Below, one piece after another: positions 55,533 to 63,633 of a stretch of 64,000 nucleotides of DNA. Below the pieces are notes generated by a model. That model saw only the letters and a list, made by a program, of their open reading frames with translations, was not told the origin of the DNA and searched no databases. The position numbers and the translations under genes are program-made. This stretch comes from Gammaproteobacteria bacterium (GTDB taxonomy: Bacteria > Pseudomonadota > Gammaproteobacteria > Ga0077536), in contig JBHIYN010000016.1 of NCBI GenBank assembly GCA_041984235.1, positions 67,058 through 131,057 on the forward strand, written 5' to 3'. Within the stretch, counting starts at the first letter, position 1, and every line of letters begins with the position of its first letter.

Positions 55533-56819
55533 ATGAAAGTTCTCATCATTGGCGGCGGCGGGCGCGAGCATGCGCTGGCCTGGAAGTGCGCGCAGTCGCC
55601 GCTGGCGAGTGAGGTCCTGTGCGCGCCCGGCAACGCCGGCACCGCGCGTGAGGCGAAGGTGCGCAACGTGGACGTCGGCGCTGAGGACGTCGGTGCCTTG
55701 GTCGAGCTCGCCGAGCGCGAGGACGTCGGGCTGACCATCGTCGGACCCGAAGCGCCGCTCGCCGCGGGCGTGGTCGATGCCTTCATGCTCGCCGGCCGGC
55801 GCTGCTTCGGGCCGCCGCAGGCGGCCGCCGTGCTCGAGGCGTCCAAGGCTTACACCAAGGATTTTCTTAAACGCCACGGGATTCCGACCGGCGGCTACGC
55901 GACCTTCGAGGACCTGGACGCCGCGCTGGCGTACATCGAAGCGGGCCCCGAGCGCGTCGTCGTCAAGGCCGACGGCCTCGCCGCCGGCAAGGGCGTGGTG
56001 GTCGCCGCCTCGCGGGAGGAAGCGCAGCAGGCCGCGCGCGCCATGCTCGCCGAGAACAGCTTCGGCGCCGCCGGCAGCCGCATCGTCGTCGAGGAGTTCC
56101 TCGAAGGCGAGGAGGCGAGCTTCATCTGCATGTGCGACGGCGACACCGCGGTGCCGTTCGCCTCGTCCCAGGATCACAAGGCGCGCGACGACGGCGACCG
56201 CGGCCCCAACACCGGCGGCATGGGCGCCTACTCACCGGCGCCGATCGTGGACGAGGCCATGAGCGCACGCATCATGCGCGAGGTCATAGAGCCGACGCTC
56301 GCCGGCATGCGCGCCGACGGCCGGCCCTACCGCGGCTTCCTCTACGCCGGGCTCATGATCGGCGCAGACGGCGTGCCGAAGGTGCTCGAGTTCAACTGCC
56401 GCTTCGGCGATCCCGAGACGCAGCCGATCATGATGCGCCTGAAGACCGATCTCGTCGCCGCCTGCCTCGACCTGCTCGACGGCCGCGCCGCGGGCGTCGA
56501 GCTCGAGTTCGACCCGCGCGCCGCGCTCGGCGTGGTGCTCGCCGCCGGCGGCTACCCCGGCAGCTACGACAAGGGCGCGGTCATCGGCGGGCTGGACGCC
56601 GCGCAGCCGGACACCTACGTCTTCCACGCCGGCACCCGCCTCGAAGGCGAGGACTGCGTCACCGCCGGCGGCCGCGTGCTGTGCGTGGTCGGCCTCGGCG
56701 ACAGCGTCAGCGAAGCACAGGCCCGCGCCTATGCCCGCGTCGACACCATCCACTGGGACGGCATGGTCTGCCGGCGCGACATCGGCTACCGCGCGGTGGC
56801 GCGGGAGCGGGGCTGCTAG
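55533..56819 (+). CDS. purD: phosphoribosylamine-glycine ligase
   Basis: 428 aa, MKVLIIGGGGREHALAWK..., ATP-grasp. Confidence 0.95.
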   Translation: MKVLIIGGGGREHALAWKCAQSPLASEVLCAPGNAGTAREAKVRNVDVGAEDVGALVELAEREDVGLTIVGPEAPLAAGVVDAFMLAGRRCFGPPQAAAVLEASKAYTKDFLKRHGIPTGGYATFEDLDAALAYIEAGPERVVVKADGLAAGKGVVVAASREEAQQAARAMLAENSFGAAGSRIVVEEFLEGEEASFICMCDGDTAVPFASSQDHKARDDGDRGPNTGGMGAYSPAPIVDEAMSARIMREVIEPTLAGMRADGRPYRGFLYAGLMIGADGVPKVLEFNCRFGDPETQPIMMRLKTDLVAACLDLLDGRAAGVELEFDPRAALGVVLAAGGYPGSYDKGAVIGGLDAAQPDTYVFHAGTRLEGEDCVTAGGRVLCVVGLGDSVSEAQARAYARVDTIHWDGMVCRRDIGYRAVARERGC

Positions 56820-56828
56820 GCATCGAGC

Positions 56829-57821
56829 TCAGCGCTGGTCTTGGTCGCGGCGGCCGAGCACCGCCGACAGTGGGCTCTTCACGGCGAGGCCGCCGCGATT
56901 GAGCACATGCGTGTAGATCTGCGTGGTTCGAATATCCCGATGACCCAACTGTTCCTGCACCGTGCGGATATCGGCCCCGCGCTCCAGCAGGTGTGTCGCG
57001 AACGAGTGCCGCAGACTGTGGCAGGTTGCCGGCTTCTCGATTCGCGCGTCGAGAACCGCGCGACGCACCGCCCGTTGCACCCGCTGCTCGTCGAAATGAT
57101 GACGCCGCCGGCGTCCGCTGCGCGGATCGCGGGAGATGCGATCCGCAGGGAACACGTACTGCCAGCTCCACTCCGTTGCTGCGCGCGGATACTTGCGTTC
57201 CAGCGCGAAAGGCAACCACACCTCACCGCAACCGTTGGCGACGTCGCGGTCGAAGACGGTGCGCCGGTCTGCGAGGTGGCGCCGCAACGGCACGATGAGC
57301 TCATCCGGCAGCGTCACGACGCGATCCCGTCCGCCTTTCCCGTCCCGGACGAGGATCGCCCGATGCTCGAAATCCAGATCCTTTACCCGCAAACGAACGC
57401 TCTCCATCAAGCGCAGGCCGGAGCCATACTGCAGGCATGCGATGAGCCAGGCGGCCCGCTCGACGCGCAGCAGCACTTTCGTGACTTCCTCCACGGTGAG
57501 CACTACGGGTAGCCGTTCCGGTCGCTTCGCGCGAACGACGTTCGTCATCTCGTCGAGCGGCCGTTCGAGAACATGACGGTACAGGAAGACGAGGGCATTC
57601 AACGCCTGGTTCTGCGTCGCCGGCGCCACCTTACGTTGCAGCGCAAGGTGGGTGAGGAAGCGCTCGACTTCCGCAGAGCCCATCTCTTCCGGATGCCTGT
57701 TCCCGTGGAACCGGATAAAACGCTTCACCCAGTCGACGTAGCGCTGCTCCGTGCGGATACTGTAGTGGCGCATCCGGATCGCGGCGCGAACCCGCTGCAG
57801 GAATGGCGATGGTGGCGACAC
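56829..57821 (-). CDS. intI: integron integrase (IntI family tyrosine recombinase)
   Basis: 330 aa collinear with IntI1: [39 protein letters not shown], the integron-specific extra segment ALERKYPRA...[14 protein letters not shown], and [15 protein letters not shown] with catalytic Tyr. GTG start. Confidence 0.9.
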   Translation of the reverse strand: MSPPSPFLQRVRAAIRMRHYSIRTEQRYVDWVKRFIRFHGNRHPEEMGSAEVERFLTHLALQRKVAPATQNQALNALVFLYRHVLERPLDEMTNVVRAKRPERLPVVLTVEEVTKVLLRVERAAWLIACLQYGSGLRLMESVRLRVKDLDFEHRAILVRDGKGGRDRVVTLPDELIVPLRRHLADRRTVFDRDVANGCGEVWLPFALERKYPRAATEWSWQYVFPADRISRDPRSGRRRRHHFDEQRVQRAVRRAVLDARIEKPATCHSLRHSFATHLLERGADIRTVQEQLGHRDIRTTQIYTHVLNRGGLAVKSPLSAVLGRRDQDQR

Positions 57822-57894
57822 GTCCCTGTGCGCTCCTCATGGTTTTATCCAAACGTACTGACTGGTCCCGGGAATCGCAACAGTCCGCCAAGCG

Positions 57895-58093
57895 GGCTGC
57901 GCGGATCCACGTCAAATCGACACTTTTTCCCAGAGAACGATGGGAGAAAAGATGACGACGGCTCCAACGCATGCTAGAAAAGAACAAGCCTTTTCAGACA
58001 GTAAAGGCTCCCTCCTCTTCTCCAAGGACGGTCCACCCCATGAACGCAGTTGCGGATCCCCGTCAAATTGACGTGTTAGATCACGTCAGAATG
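57895..58093 (+). other. attI: putative attI integration site
   Basis: Direct repeats TGCGGATCC(A/C)CGTCAAAT(C/T)GAC (57899 and 58031). Core-like GTTAGAT (58055) and GTTAGGC (58087-58093) in the same orientation. Followed immediately by the first cassette. Confidence 0.5.
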
Positions 58094-58135
58094 ACGTCCA
58101 ATTGCTGTTAGGCGGCTAGGATAAGTAGTCTCTTC

Positions 58136-58465
58136 ATGGCGGCCAAAATGGAGATAGTAAGCGAGCCAATTGGAATCGGCTTGCTGATACGTACACCTGG
58201 CCGTTATGCGATGGGCGTCGGCGTAGATGTCCTCAACTTTCTTGACGGGCAACCTGATATTTCTGTGAAGAACACCGGGTGGAAGAATGGCTTTGGTTTG
58301 GACGTTGCGGTTTCACTCCCAATTATTCGCATGGGAAGCCTACTCGCAGAGGTTTCGACCGATGGAGAGGAGTTTCATCTTCTCCGGGCATCTGGGCCAT
58401 ACGAAGAGTTCGCGGATTTGCTCCATCGAGTCGGAAAGTTCCTGGAGGACTACGAACCTCAGTAA
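58136..58465 (+). CDS. cassette 1 ORF: hypothetical protein (109 aa)
   Basis: First ORF after attI GTTAGGC. MAAKMEIVSEPIGIGLLIRTPGRYAMGVGVDVLNFLDG..., no recognisable family. Confidence 0.5.
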   Translation: MAAKMEIVSEPIGIGLLIRTPGRYAMGVGVDVLNFLDGQPDISVKNTGWKNGFGLDVAVSLPIIRMGSLLAEVSTDGEEFHLLRASGPYEEFADLLHRVGKFLEDYEPQ

Positions 58466-58708
58466 GGGCTATGCCGAGTGCGCATAGCGGCCGGCGCAGC
58501 ATGCGTTCTGCTTACACTGACTCGGCGGGGCGAGGGAGCCGCAAGAATCCGGCGGATGAGTGGGCGCCTCGAACGCGCTTCGTCAGTCACGCCACGAATT
58601 CTTCTAAATACGTTTGCGCCAGACTTCGGAACGTAGTGGAATCACTAGATGGGCATAGGCTTCGGAAAGCAGGTCGCAGATCATTTCGTTGAGGTCAGCG
58701 CGGCGCCT

Positions 58709-58812
58709 CCTAACAAAGGGATGGAGCCGACAGTCAAAAGCGACACGCCCTTTGCAAAGAGAAGAGCAAAGGCCGCGCCGCTTTCGCCCGCGGCTCATCC
58801 CGGGCGTTAGGC
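58709..58812 (+). other. attC: attC site 1
   Basis: TCCTAAC...imperfect inverted repeat GGGATGGAGCCG/CGGCTCATCCC...GTTAGGC (58806-58812). Confidence 0.55.
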
Positions 58813-58828
58813 ATCTTAGAGATCTCCT

Positions 58829-59518
58829 GTGCAGCAGCTAGACATCTCAGCGATAATGAGGTGGTCCCAGATTGGGAAGGTGCGATTCCCGTCTTCGGCG
58901 TCCATCATCTGCCCATATTGTGGCGAGAAGGGCGTTTTCTCCCTCACCAACCCAACGGACGACCCGCCGCGTCTAGCGCTTTCGGCAACTGCAGCGTGTC
59001 CAGGTTGCGGAAAACCGGTCCAATTCTGGTCGATACGAACCAAGAAAGCGCCGCCCGGCGATGCAGAAAATCCGATCGCCGTATATTTCTATCCGCCCAT
59101 AGAGAACCATTATCGGGTACCTGAATTCACGACAGATATCCCCGAACCGCTAAGTAGGTCATTCGTTTCGACCATCGATGCATATAACTCAAGAAATTAC
59201 GCAGCTACCGCAGTCTTATGCCGTCGAACGTTAGAAGGGATCTTTAAATATCTTCTGCCCCACGAAAAGCAAGATCTACCGCTTCACAAAGCAGTATCCG
59301 AGGTGCAGAACACTAAAGACCTTGCCGCGCCCTTGAACGCTTTGTCCCATGCAATTAGACAAGGCGGAAATCTTGGTGCGCATTTCGATATGGTCAAAGA
59401 GCCCGATGAGCAACTGGCGAAGAAAATGGTCGCATTACTCGAATATCTGATTACTTATCTCTATGAGTTGCCGGCCGAGATAGAACAAATAGAAAAAAGC
59501 CTAGAAAAAGATGCCTAA
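58829..59518 (+). CDS. cassette 2 ORF: zinc-ribbon plus DUF4145/HEPN-like domain protein (229 aa; start may be ATG 58856)
   Basis: N-terminal CPYCGEKG...CPGCGK. C-terminal segment with RRTLEGIFKYLLP...IRQGGNLGAHFD...LLEYLITYLYEL, matching DUF4145 architecture. Stop TAA embedded in the attC GCCTAAC core. Confidence 0.55.
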   Translation: MQQLDISAIMRWSQIGKVRFPSSASIICPYCGEKGVFSLTNPTDDPPRLALSATAACPGCGKPVQFWSIRTKKAPPGDAENPIAVYFYPPIENHYRVPEFTTDIPEPLSRSFVSTIDAYNSRNYAATAVLCRRTLEGIFKYLLPHEKQDLPLHKAVSEVQNTKDLAAPLNALSHAIRQGGNLGAHFDMVKEPDEQLAKKMVALLEYLITYLYELPAEIEQIEKSLEKDA

Positions 59519-59622
59519 CAAGCGGATCAACCTGACGTGTTACAGCGCGCTTCTCTCCTGCGGCTCCGCATTTTCGCTTCCGAGAAGCGCGCTGTAACAC
59601 GCAGGTTATCCGAGCGTTATAT
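59513..59622 (+). other. attC: attC site 2 (family A, ~110 bp)
   Basis: GCCTAACAAGCGGATCAACCTGACGTGTTACAGCGCGC...GCGCGCTGTAACACGCAGGTTATCCGAGCGTTATAT. Confidence 0.7.
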
Positions 59623-59861
59623 GTCGTGTGGACTAAAGAGCCCTCGAGCAAACGTCAGCGCTGCTGCGATTCCTTTCGTGAATAGAGAAAAGCGGCATCC
59701 GGCGGCTGTCGGCCGCGGCAGCGTAGATGGTGCTTCACCTGATACAACGTCGAGCGGTATCGTCGCAGTGCAGGGACGTCCAGGCCGGTAGTCGTGGCGA
59801 AGCGCCCACTTCCGAAAGGAATCGAGATGTCGTGTAAAGCAGGAACAGAATCCTACCCGCC

Positions 59862-59957
59862 ATATAACAAGGCAATGAAGCTGACGTTTGACCGCGCCTT
59901 CCCTTCGCTACCGCTCCGGTCAGTTGCCGTCAAACGCAGCTTATTGCAGCGTTGGGC
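59862..59957 (+). other. attC: attC site 3 (family B, ~96 bp)
   Basis: ATATAACAAGGCAATGAAGCTGACGTTTGACCGCGCC...CCGGTCAGTTGCCGTCAAACGCAGCTTATTGCAGCGTTGGGC. Confidence 0.6.
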
Positions 59958-59960
59958 GTC

Positions 59961-60326
59961 ATGAAACCACGGAGCATTAATCTGGAGGAGAAGCTTCGGT
60001 TGTTCACGGAGCACTGGACTCCCAAGATCATCGGAGAATTGAACGACTACCAGATTAAGGTGGCCAAGTTCCTCGGAGACTTCGTTTGGCATAGGCACGA
60101 CAACACAGACGAACTGTTCTTGTGCTTATCAGGGAAAATGAAGATCGAACTTCGGGACGGTGCCGTAGAGCTGAGCGAAGGGGAGCTATATATCGTTCCG
60201 AAAGGTGTGGAACACAAACCAGGCGCTACAGAGGAATGTCACGTCCTCCTTATAGAGCCTCGAGGCGTCGTTAATACGGGAAATACGAAGAGCGAACTAA
60301 CGGCGCCCGGGGACACATGGATATGA
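59961..60326 (+). CDS. cassette 4 ORF: small cupin-domain protein (121 aa)
   Basis: Cupin_2-like FVWHRHDNTDELFLCLSGKMKIEL...LYIVPKGVEHKPGA. Stop TGA abuts the attC GCCCAAC. Confidence 0.65.
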   Translation: MKPRSINLEEKLRLFTEHWTPKIIGELNDYQIKVAKFLGDFVWHRHDNTDELFLCLSGKMKIELRDGAVELSEGELYIVPKGVEHKPGATEECHVLLIEPRGVVNTGNTKSELTAPGDTWI

Positions 60327-60327
60327 C

Positions 60328-60422
60328 GCCCAACAAGTCGTTGGAGCGGACGCTTGACCGCTCCCTTCCTTCGCTATCGCTCCAGTCGGTCGCCGTCAAG
60401 CGCCGCTCAACTCTGCGTTAGG
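60328..60422 (+). other. attC: attC site 4 (family B)
   Basis: GCCCAACAAGTCGTTGGAGCGGACGCTTGACCGC...CGGTCGCCGTCAAGCGCCGCTCAACTCTGCGTTAGGC. Confidence 0.7.
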
Positions 60423-60432
60423 CGTATTCGCG

Positions 60433-60855
60433 ATGCCTTCATTCGAATCTCGTGTCGAGCGTCTCTGGACTAATCCTAAGAGAGTCCGTGTATCGGCGCC
60501 ATTCGTTTATTTCATCTCGGTATCCGACGAAAACGGCAATGAGTATCGATATGTCGGCCGAGCCCGGGATAAAAGCCGCCTAGAAGAATACAAACGGAAT
60601 ATGGCTAAGATCCGAGCACGAAAGCCACGAGGTAAAAAGCAAAAATATAGAGCTGTGCATTTCGTACTCTACAAGGCGATAGAGAACGATTGGGACATTG
60701 CGTTTCATCCCTATGAAGAATGTTCAGAGTCCCAGCTCAATGAAGTCGAGAATCGTCTAATTAGCGATCTTGCGTGCAACCTGAATTCGGCAAGCACGTG
60801 GCCGATCGAGAAGCTTTCGACACTGACAATCAAAGAACTACTAGAGAATGCGTAA
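60433..60855 (+). CDS. cassette 5 ORF: small GIY-YIG-like protein (140 aa), putative nuclease
   Basis: FVYFISVSDENGNEYRYVGRARDKSRLEEYKR resembles the GIY-(10-11)-YIG-R spacing. Downstream E...N pattern (ESQLNEVENRLISDLACNLN) resembles the distal GIY-YIG catalytic residues. Confidence 0.4.
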   Translation: MPSFESRVERLWTNPKRVRVSAPFVYFISVSDENGNEYRYVGRARDKSRLEEYKRNMAKIRARKPRGKKQKYRAVHFVLYKAIENDWDIAFHPYEECSESQLNEVENRLISDLACNLNSASTWPIEKLSTLTIKELLENA

Positions 60856-60864
60856 GGAGAATAC

Positions 60865-60974
60865 GCCTAACCAATGGATCAACCGGACGTGTTACAGCGC
60901 GCTTCCCTCCGGCGGCTTCGCATTTTCGCCTCCGCGAAGCGCGCTGTAACACGCCGGTTATCCAAGCGTTAGGC
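60865..60974 (+). other. attC: attC site 5 (family A)
   Basis: GCCTAACCAATGGATCAACCGGACGTGTTACAGCGCGC...GCGCGCTGTAACACGCCGGTTATCCAAGCGTTAGGC. Confidence 0.7.
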
Positions 60975-60980
60975 GCTCAG

Positions 60981-61529
60981 GTGCAACTCGAAACCGCCAT
61001 AAAGATAGTCACGTTCTTCGGAGGGACGGTGGGCGCGATATTCGGGGGTATAGCGCTACGAAACCTGCTTTTCCCAATCAGAATAATTCCTTCTTGGCAG
61101 CGCGTTTTCGACGGATCAGAACCGGACGCTATACAAGCACAAATAGTTAATCTCACGGACAAGCCTCTTGTGCTAGTTGCTTGCTCGGCGAAACCAACTT
61201 ATCGCCTTCGAACAATAATCACCCGACATCTCAAAAACCCGCTCACGCCGCGACGCCTATGGCCGAATATTCACTTCACCTCACAGTCCTTTCTGCTCCT
61301 TAACGAACCACAACGTAGACTCGAAGGAAAAGAGGTATTGGAACTAGAGCATAGGTTGTCGTCACACCCGCTTTCGTTTTTGATGGCGCCAATGTTTATC
61401 GTCGAAGTAACCTTGTCGACCGGACGAAAATTCAGATCACGCCGCATCACTGCGCCTGAGCGATGGCTGTTAATTAACAATCTTGATGAGGCTCGAAATC
61501 ATGATTCCCCGAATCAAACACGCGCCTAA
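60981..61529 (+). CDS. cassette 6 ORF: hypothetical protein with N-terminal TM helix (182 aa)
   Basis: GTG start right after attC 5. IVTFFGGTVGAIFGGIALRNLLF hydrophobic segment. Stop TAA inside the GCCTAAC of attC 6. Confidence 0.45.
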   Translation: MQLETAIKIVTFFGGTVGAIFGGIALRNLLFPIRIIPSWQRVFDGSEPDAIQAQIVNLTDKPLVLVACSAKPTYRLRTIITRHLKNPLTPRRLWPNIHFTSQSFLLLNEPQRRLEGKEVLELEHRLSSHPLSFLMAPMFIVEVTLSTGRKFRSRRITAPERWLLINNLDEARNHDSPNQTRA

Positions 61530-61641
61530 CAAGCGGATCAACCTGACGTGTTACAGCGGGCTTTTCTTACGTGGCTGCGCTATTTTCACTTCAGAAAAGC
61601 CCGCTGTAACACGCAGGTTATCCTGGCGTTGTGCGTCTGTA
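61524..61641 (+). other. attC: attC site 6 (family A)
   Basis: GCCTAACAAGCGGATCAACCTGACGTGTTACAGCGGGC...GCCCGCTGTAACACGCAGGTTATCCTGGCGTTGTGC. Confidence 0.65.
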
Positions 61642-61992
61642 GAGTCCGAGCACCAGCGACCGCCATCGGATCCGAACCTCTGCATGCGAATGGCTGAAGC
61701 CGAGGCTACACTCTGAGCAGGCCCGCGAGGCGAGCCACCGAAACCGAGTAGTCGCCCGAGGTTCAAGGATGAAACATCGCTTCAAAGTTAAAGCGGCGGT
61801 TGGCGAAGTGCGGTTCCAGCCGTTTGCTCGTCAATTACATCCAGGCGAGCATTTCCAAACGCACCATGGTCTTTCAGGTTGTCGAAATCGAGGCGCCGCT
61901 GCTGCCGCGCGGCTGCTGCACCCAGTAGCTGGCCGCACCGCCTCTGGCTTCCTGGCGTGGTCACTAGCCACGGCACATTTCTCAGCGCTGCC

Positions 61993-62102
61993 GCACAACA
62001 AGCGGGTGGAGTCGGACGCATTACAGCGGGCTTCCGCTCCGTGCCTGGCTATTGTCACTCCGCAGAAGCCCGCTGTAATGCGCCGCTCACCCGCGCGTTA
62101 GC
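61993..62102 (+). other. attC: attC site 7 (family A variant)
   Basis: GCACAACAAGCGGGTGGAGTCGGACGCATTACAGCGGGC...GCCCGCTGTAATGCGCCGCTCACCCGCGCGTTAGCG. Confidence 0.6.
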
Positions 62103-62119
62103 GTGATTGGAGGAATCCC

Positions 62120-62788
62120 ATGGCTAAGCCGCACCAAATATTCGTAGGCTGTCCATTTGGCCACCCGATCCGCAGGCATTACGACAAGCTTAAGCGCGAA
62201 GTCGAGAAAGAAACGCCTCTGCATATCGTGTTAGCGGATACGACCGCTGTTTCTTCTACCGATTATCTGCTGGAGCACATTACTAGCCTCATTCGTGACT
62301 CCGCGGGCTGCATCTTCGACGTAACTGGTGGCAATCCGAACGTCTCGCTTGAAGTGGGGATCGCACACGCCCTTCCCGCCGATTTCATTCTCGCTTTCTA
62401 CACGAGGAAAGCCCGAAGCCCTGCAGAGAAAGCACTCGCGGAGCAAGGTGAAACGAAGCCGATCATTTCGGATCTTCAAGGCCGCAACCGAATCGAATAC
62501 AAGCAATTTGCCGCACTTAAATCGCAACTCCTGGATCGCTATCTCACACGACTTCCGTACTACCAGCGGTGGCTGCGATTCAAGAAGTCGAACAGCTCAT
62601 ACGAGAAGTATGCTTTGCGGGTTTTCGATGAAATTAGAGATTCTGGCCGCACCCTGACATCTAGAGCATCGGTCGTGCTATCCGGCTCGGGCATAACTAC
62701 TTCCGACTTCGCGAAGGCACTCACGAAAGAGCGCCTAGTCACTATCAAATCGGGAAGGCAGGGTGGCTGGTATTACCCATCACGCTAA
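62120..62788 (+). CDS. cassette 8 ORF: nucleoside 2-deoxyribosyltransferase/TIR-fold-like protein (222 aa)
   Basis: IFVGCPFGH N-terminus and DVTGGNPNVSLEVGIAHALPADFILAF, which resembles the NDT-family D.G...E.G.A.A nucleotide-binding/catalytic segment. Plus a ~100-aa basic C-terminal extension. Stop TAA inside the attC CGCTAAC. Confidence 0.45.
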   Translation: MAKPHQIFVGCPFGHPIRRHYDKLKREVEKETPLHIVLADTTAVSSTDYLLEHITSLIRDSAGCIFDVTGGNPNVSLEVGIAHALPADFILAFYTRKARSPAEKALAEQGETKPIISDLQGRNRIEYKQFAALKSQLLDRYLTRLPYYQRWLRFKKSNSSYEKYALRVFDEIRDSGRTLTSRASVVLSGSGITTSDFAKALTKERLVTIKSGRQGGWYYPSR

Positions 62789-62878
62789 CAAACTGGTCAA
62801 CCGGACGCTTGACCGCTGGCTTCCTTCGCTACCGCTCCGGTCGCCAGCCGTCAAGCGCCGGTTACCAGAGCGTTAGAT
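62783..62878 (+). other. attC: attC site 8 (family B)
   Basis: CGCTAACAAACTGGTCAACCGGACGCTTGACCGC...CCGGTCGCCAGCCGTCAAGCGCCGGTTACCAGAGCGTTAGAT. Confidence 0.7.
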
Positions 62879-62885
62879 TGCAGTA

Positions 62886-63521
62886 ATGAGCTCGGTACTC
62901 AGCTTTGCGCTCTTCTTGTTAATCGGAGTCGTCTTCGGAAAAATAATTGTCTCCGTTGTTAACCTCATGCGAGGTCGACGGAGTACAGCCACCATGGCAT
63001 CCGACGCAGATGTTGCAGCAAACTTGGAACAACGACGCATCAATAACGCGATTGCGGACGCGTCGAACTTGTCCGACGAGCAATACGATGCGGCGCTCGA
63101 CGAGTTCGTCATCCCGTACGAGAACGCTGCGAATTATTTGGTCATAGATTGGCGAGAAGAAGACGATAAAGTCGTGGCAGCCTGCAGGAACGCTCTACTA
63201 GATGGATCTCAGGCCGAACTCAAATTTACATCTGTCGAGAACGATGATCATTGCTCTGCGACAGGCATCCTTAAGTATGGTGACAGATCTCTAGAAATAG
63301 AGATCCCTTTCTCACATAAAAGCCGATACATCCTATTAAGAGCAGTTAATCAAATTCTCTCGCCAGATTACGAAATCCGGCTGATTCGTCACTCCTTGGG
63401 CGGTGACACACATGAATTTATGCTCTTCTCCAGACAACAATGGAGCGAGATACAGAAAACAAGTGAACAATTAGTCAACGGATTGTTCGTCCCACTAACG
63501 GAACCGGTAGATTTCGAGTGA
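62886..63521 (+). CDS. cassette 9 ORF: hypothetical membrane-anchored protein (211 aa)
   Basis: N-terminal TM helix LSFALFLLIGVVFGKIIVSVV, then an acidic soluble domain. No recognisable family. Confidence 0.45.
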   Translation: MSSVLSFALFLLIGVVFGKIIVSVVNLMRGRRSTATMASDADVAANLEQRRINNAIADASNLSDEQYDAALDEFVIPYENAANYLVIDWREEDDKVVAACRNALLDGSQAELKFTSVENDDHCSATGILKYGDRSLEIEIPFSHKSRYILLRAVNQILSPDYEIRLIRHSLGGDTHEFMLFSRQQWSEIQKTSEQLVNGLFVPLTEPVDFE

Positions 63522-63535
63522 TCACCGGGATCTGC

Positions 63536-63633
63536 AATCTAACAAATCGTTCAACCGGACGCTTGACTGCCCGCTCCCTGCGCTGCCGCTCCGGTCGCGG
63601 TCCGTCAAGCGCCGGTTAACAGAAGCGTTGGGC
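63536..63633 (+). other. attC: attC site 9 (family B)
   Basis: ATCTAACAAATCGTTCAACCGGACGCTTGACTGC...CGGTCGCGGTCCGTCAAGCGCCGGTTAACAGAAGCGTTGGGC. Confidence 0.7.

Noticed and set aside
55134-56177. 347-aa minus ORF and 128-aa plus ORF (55150-55536) over the purH-purD repeats
   Set aside because: The translations simply repeat the tandem DNA units (MAALKT.SECSCTACTLRFLAGFR...). The minus ORF is antisense to purD. Treated as a repeat-generated artefact, although a translated tandem peptide cannot be strictly excluded.
56915-56945. GGTTCGAATATCCCG resembling a tRNA T-arm near the integrase
   Set aside because: It lies inside the intI coding sequence, where it encodes the conserved [11 protein letters not shown] box. 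No acceptor or anticodon arms are around it, so it is not a tRNA attachment site.
59537-59791. 84-aa ORF across attC 2 and 45-aa ORF 59827-59964 across attC 3
   Set aside because: Both run through attC recombination sites with low-complexity translations. A 57-aa sub-ORF (59621-59791) within cassette 3 is possible but unsupported.
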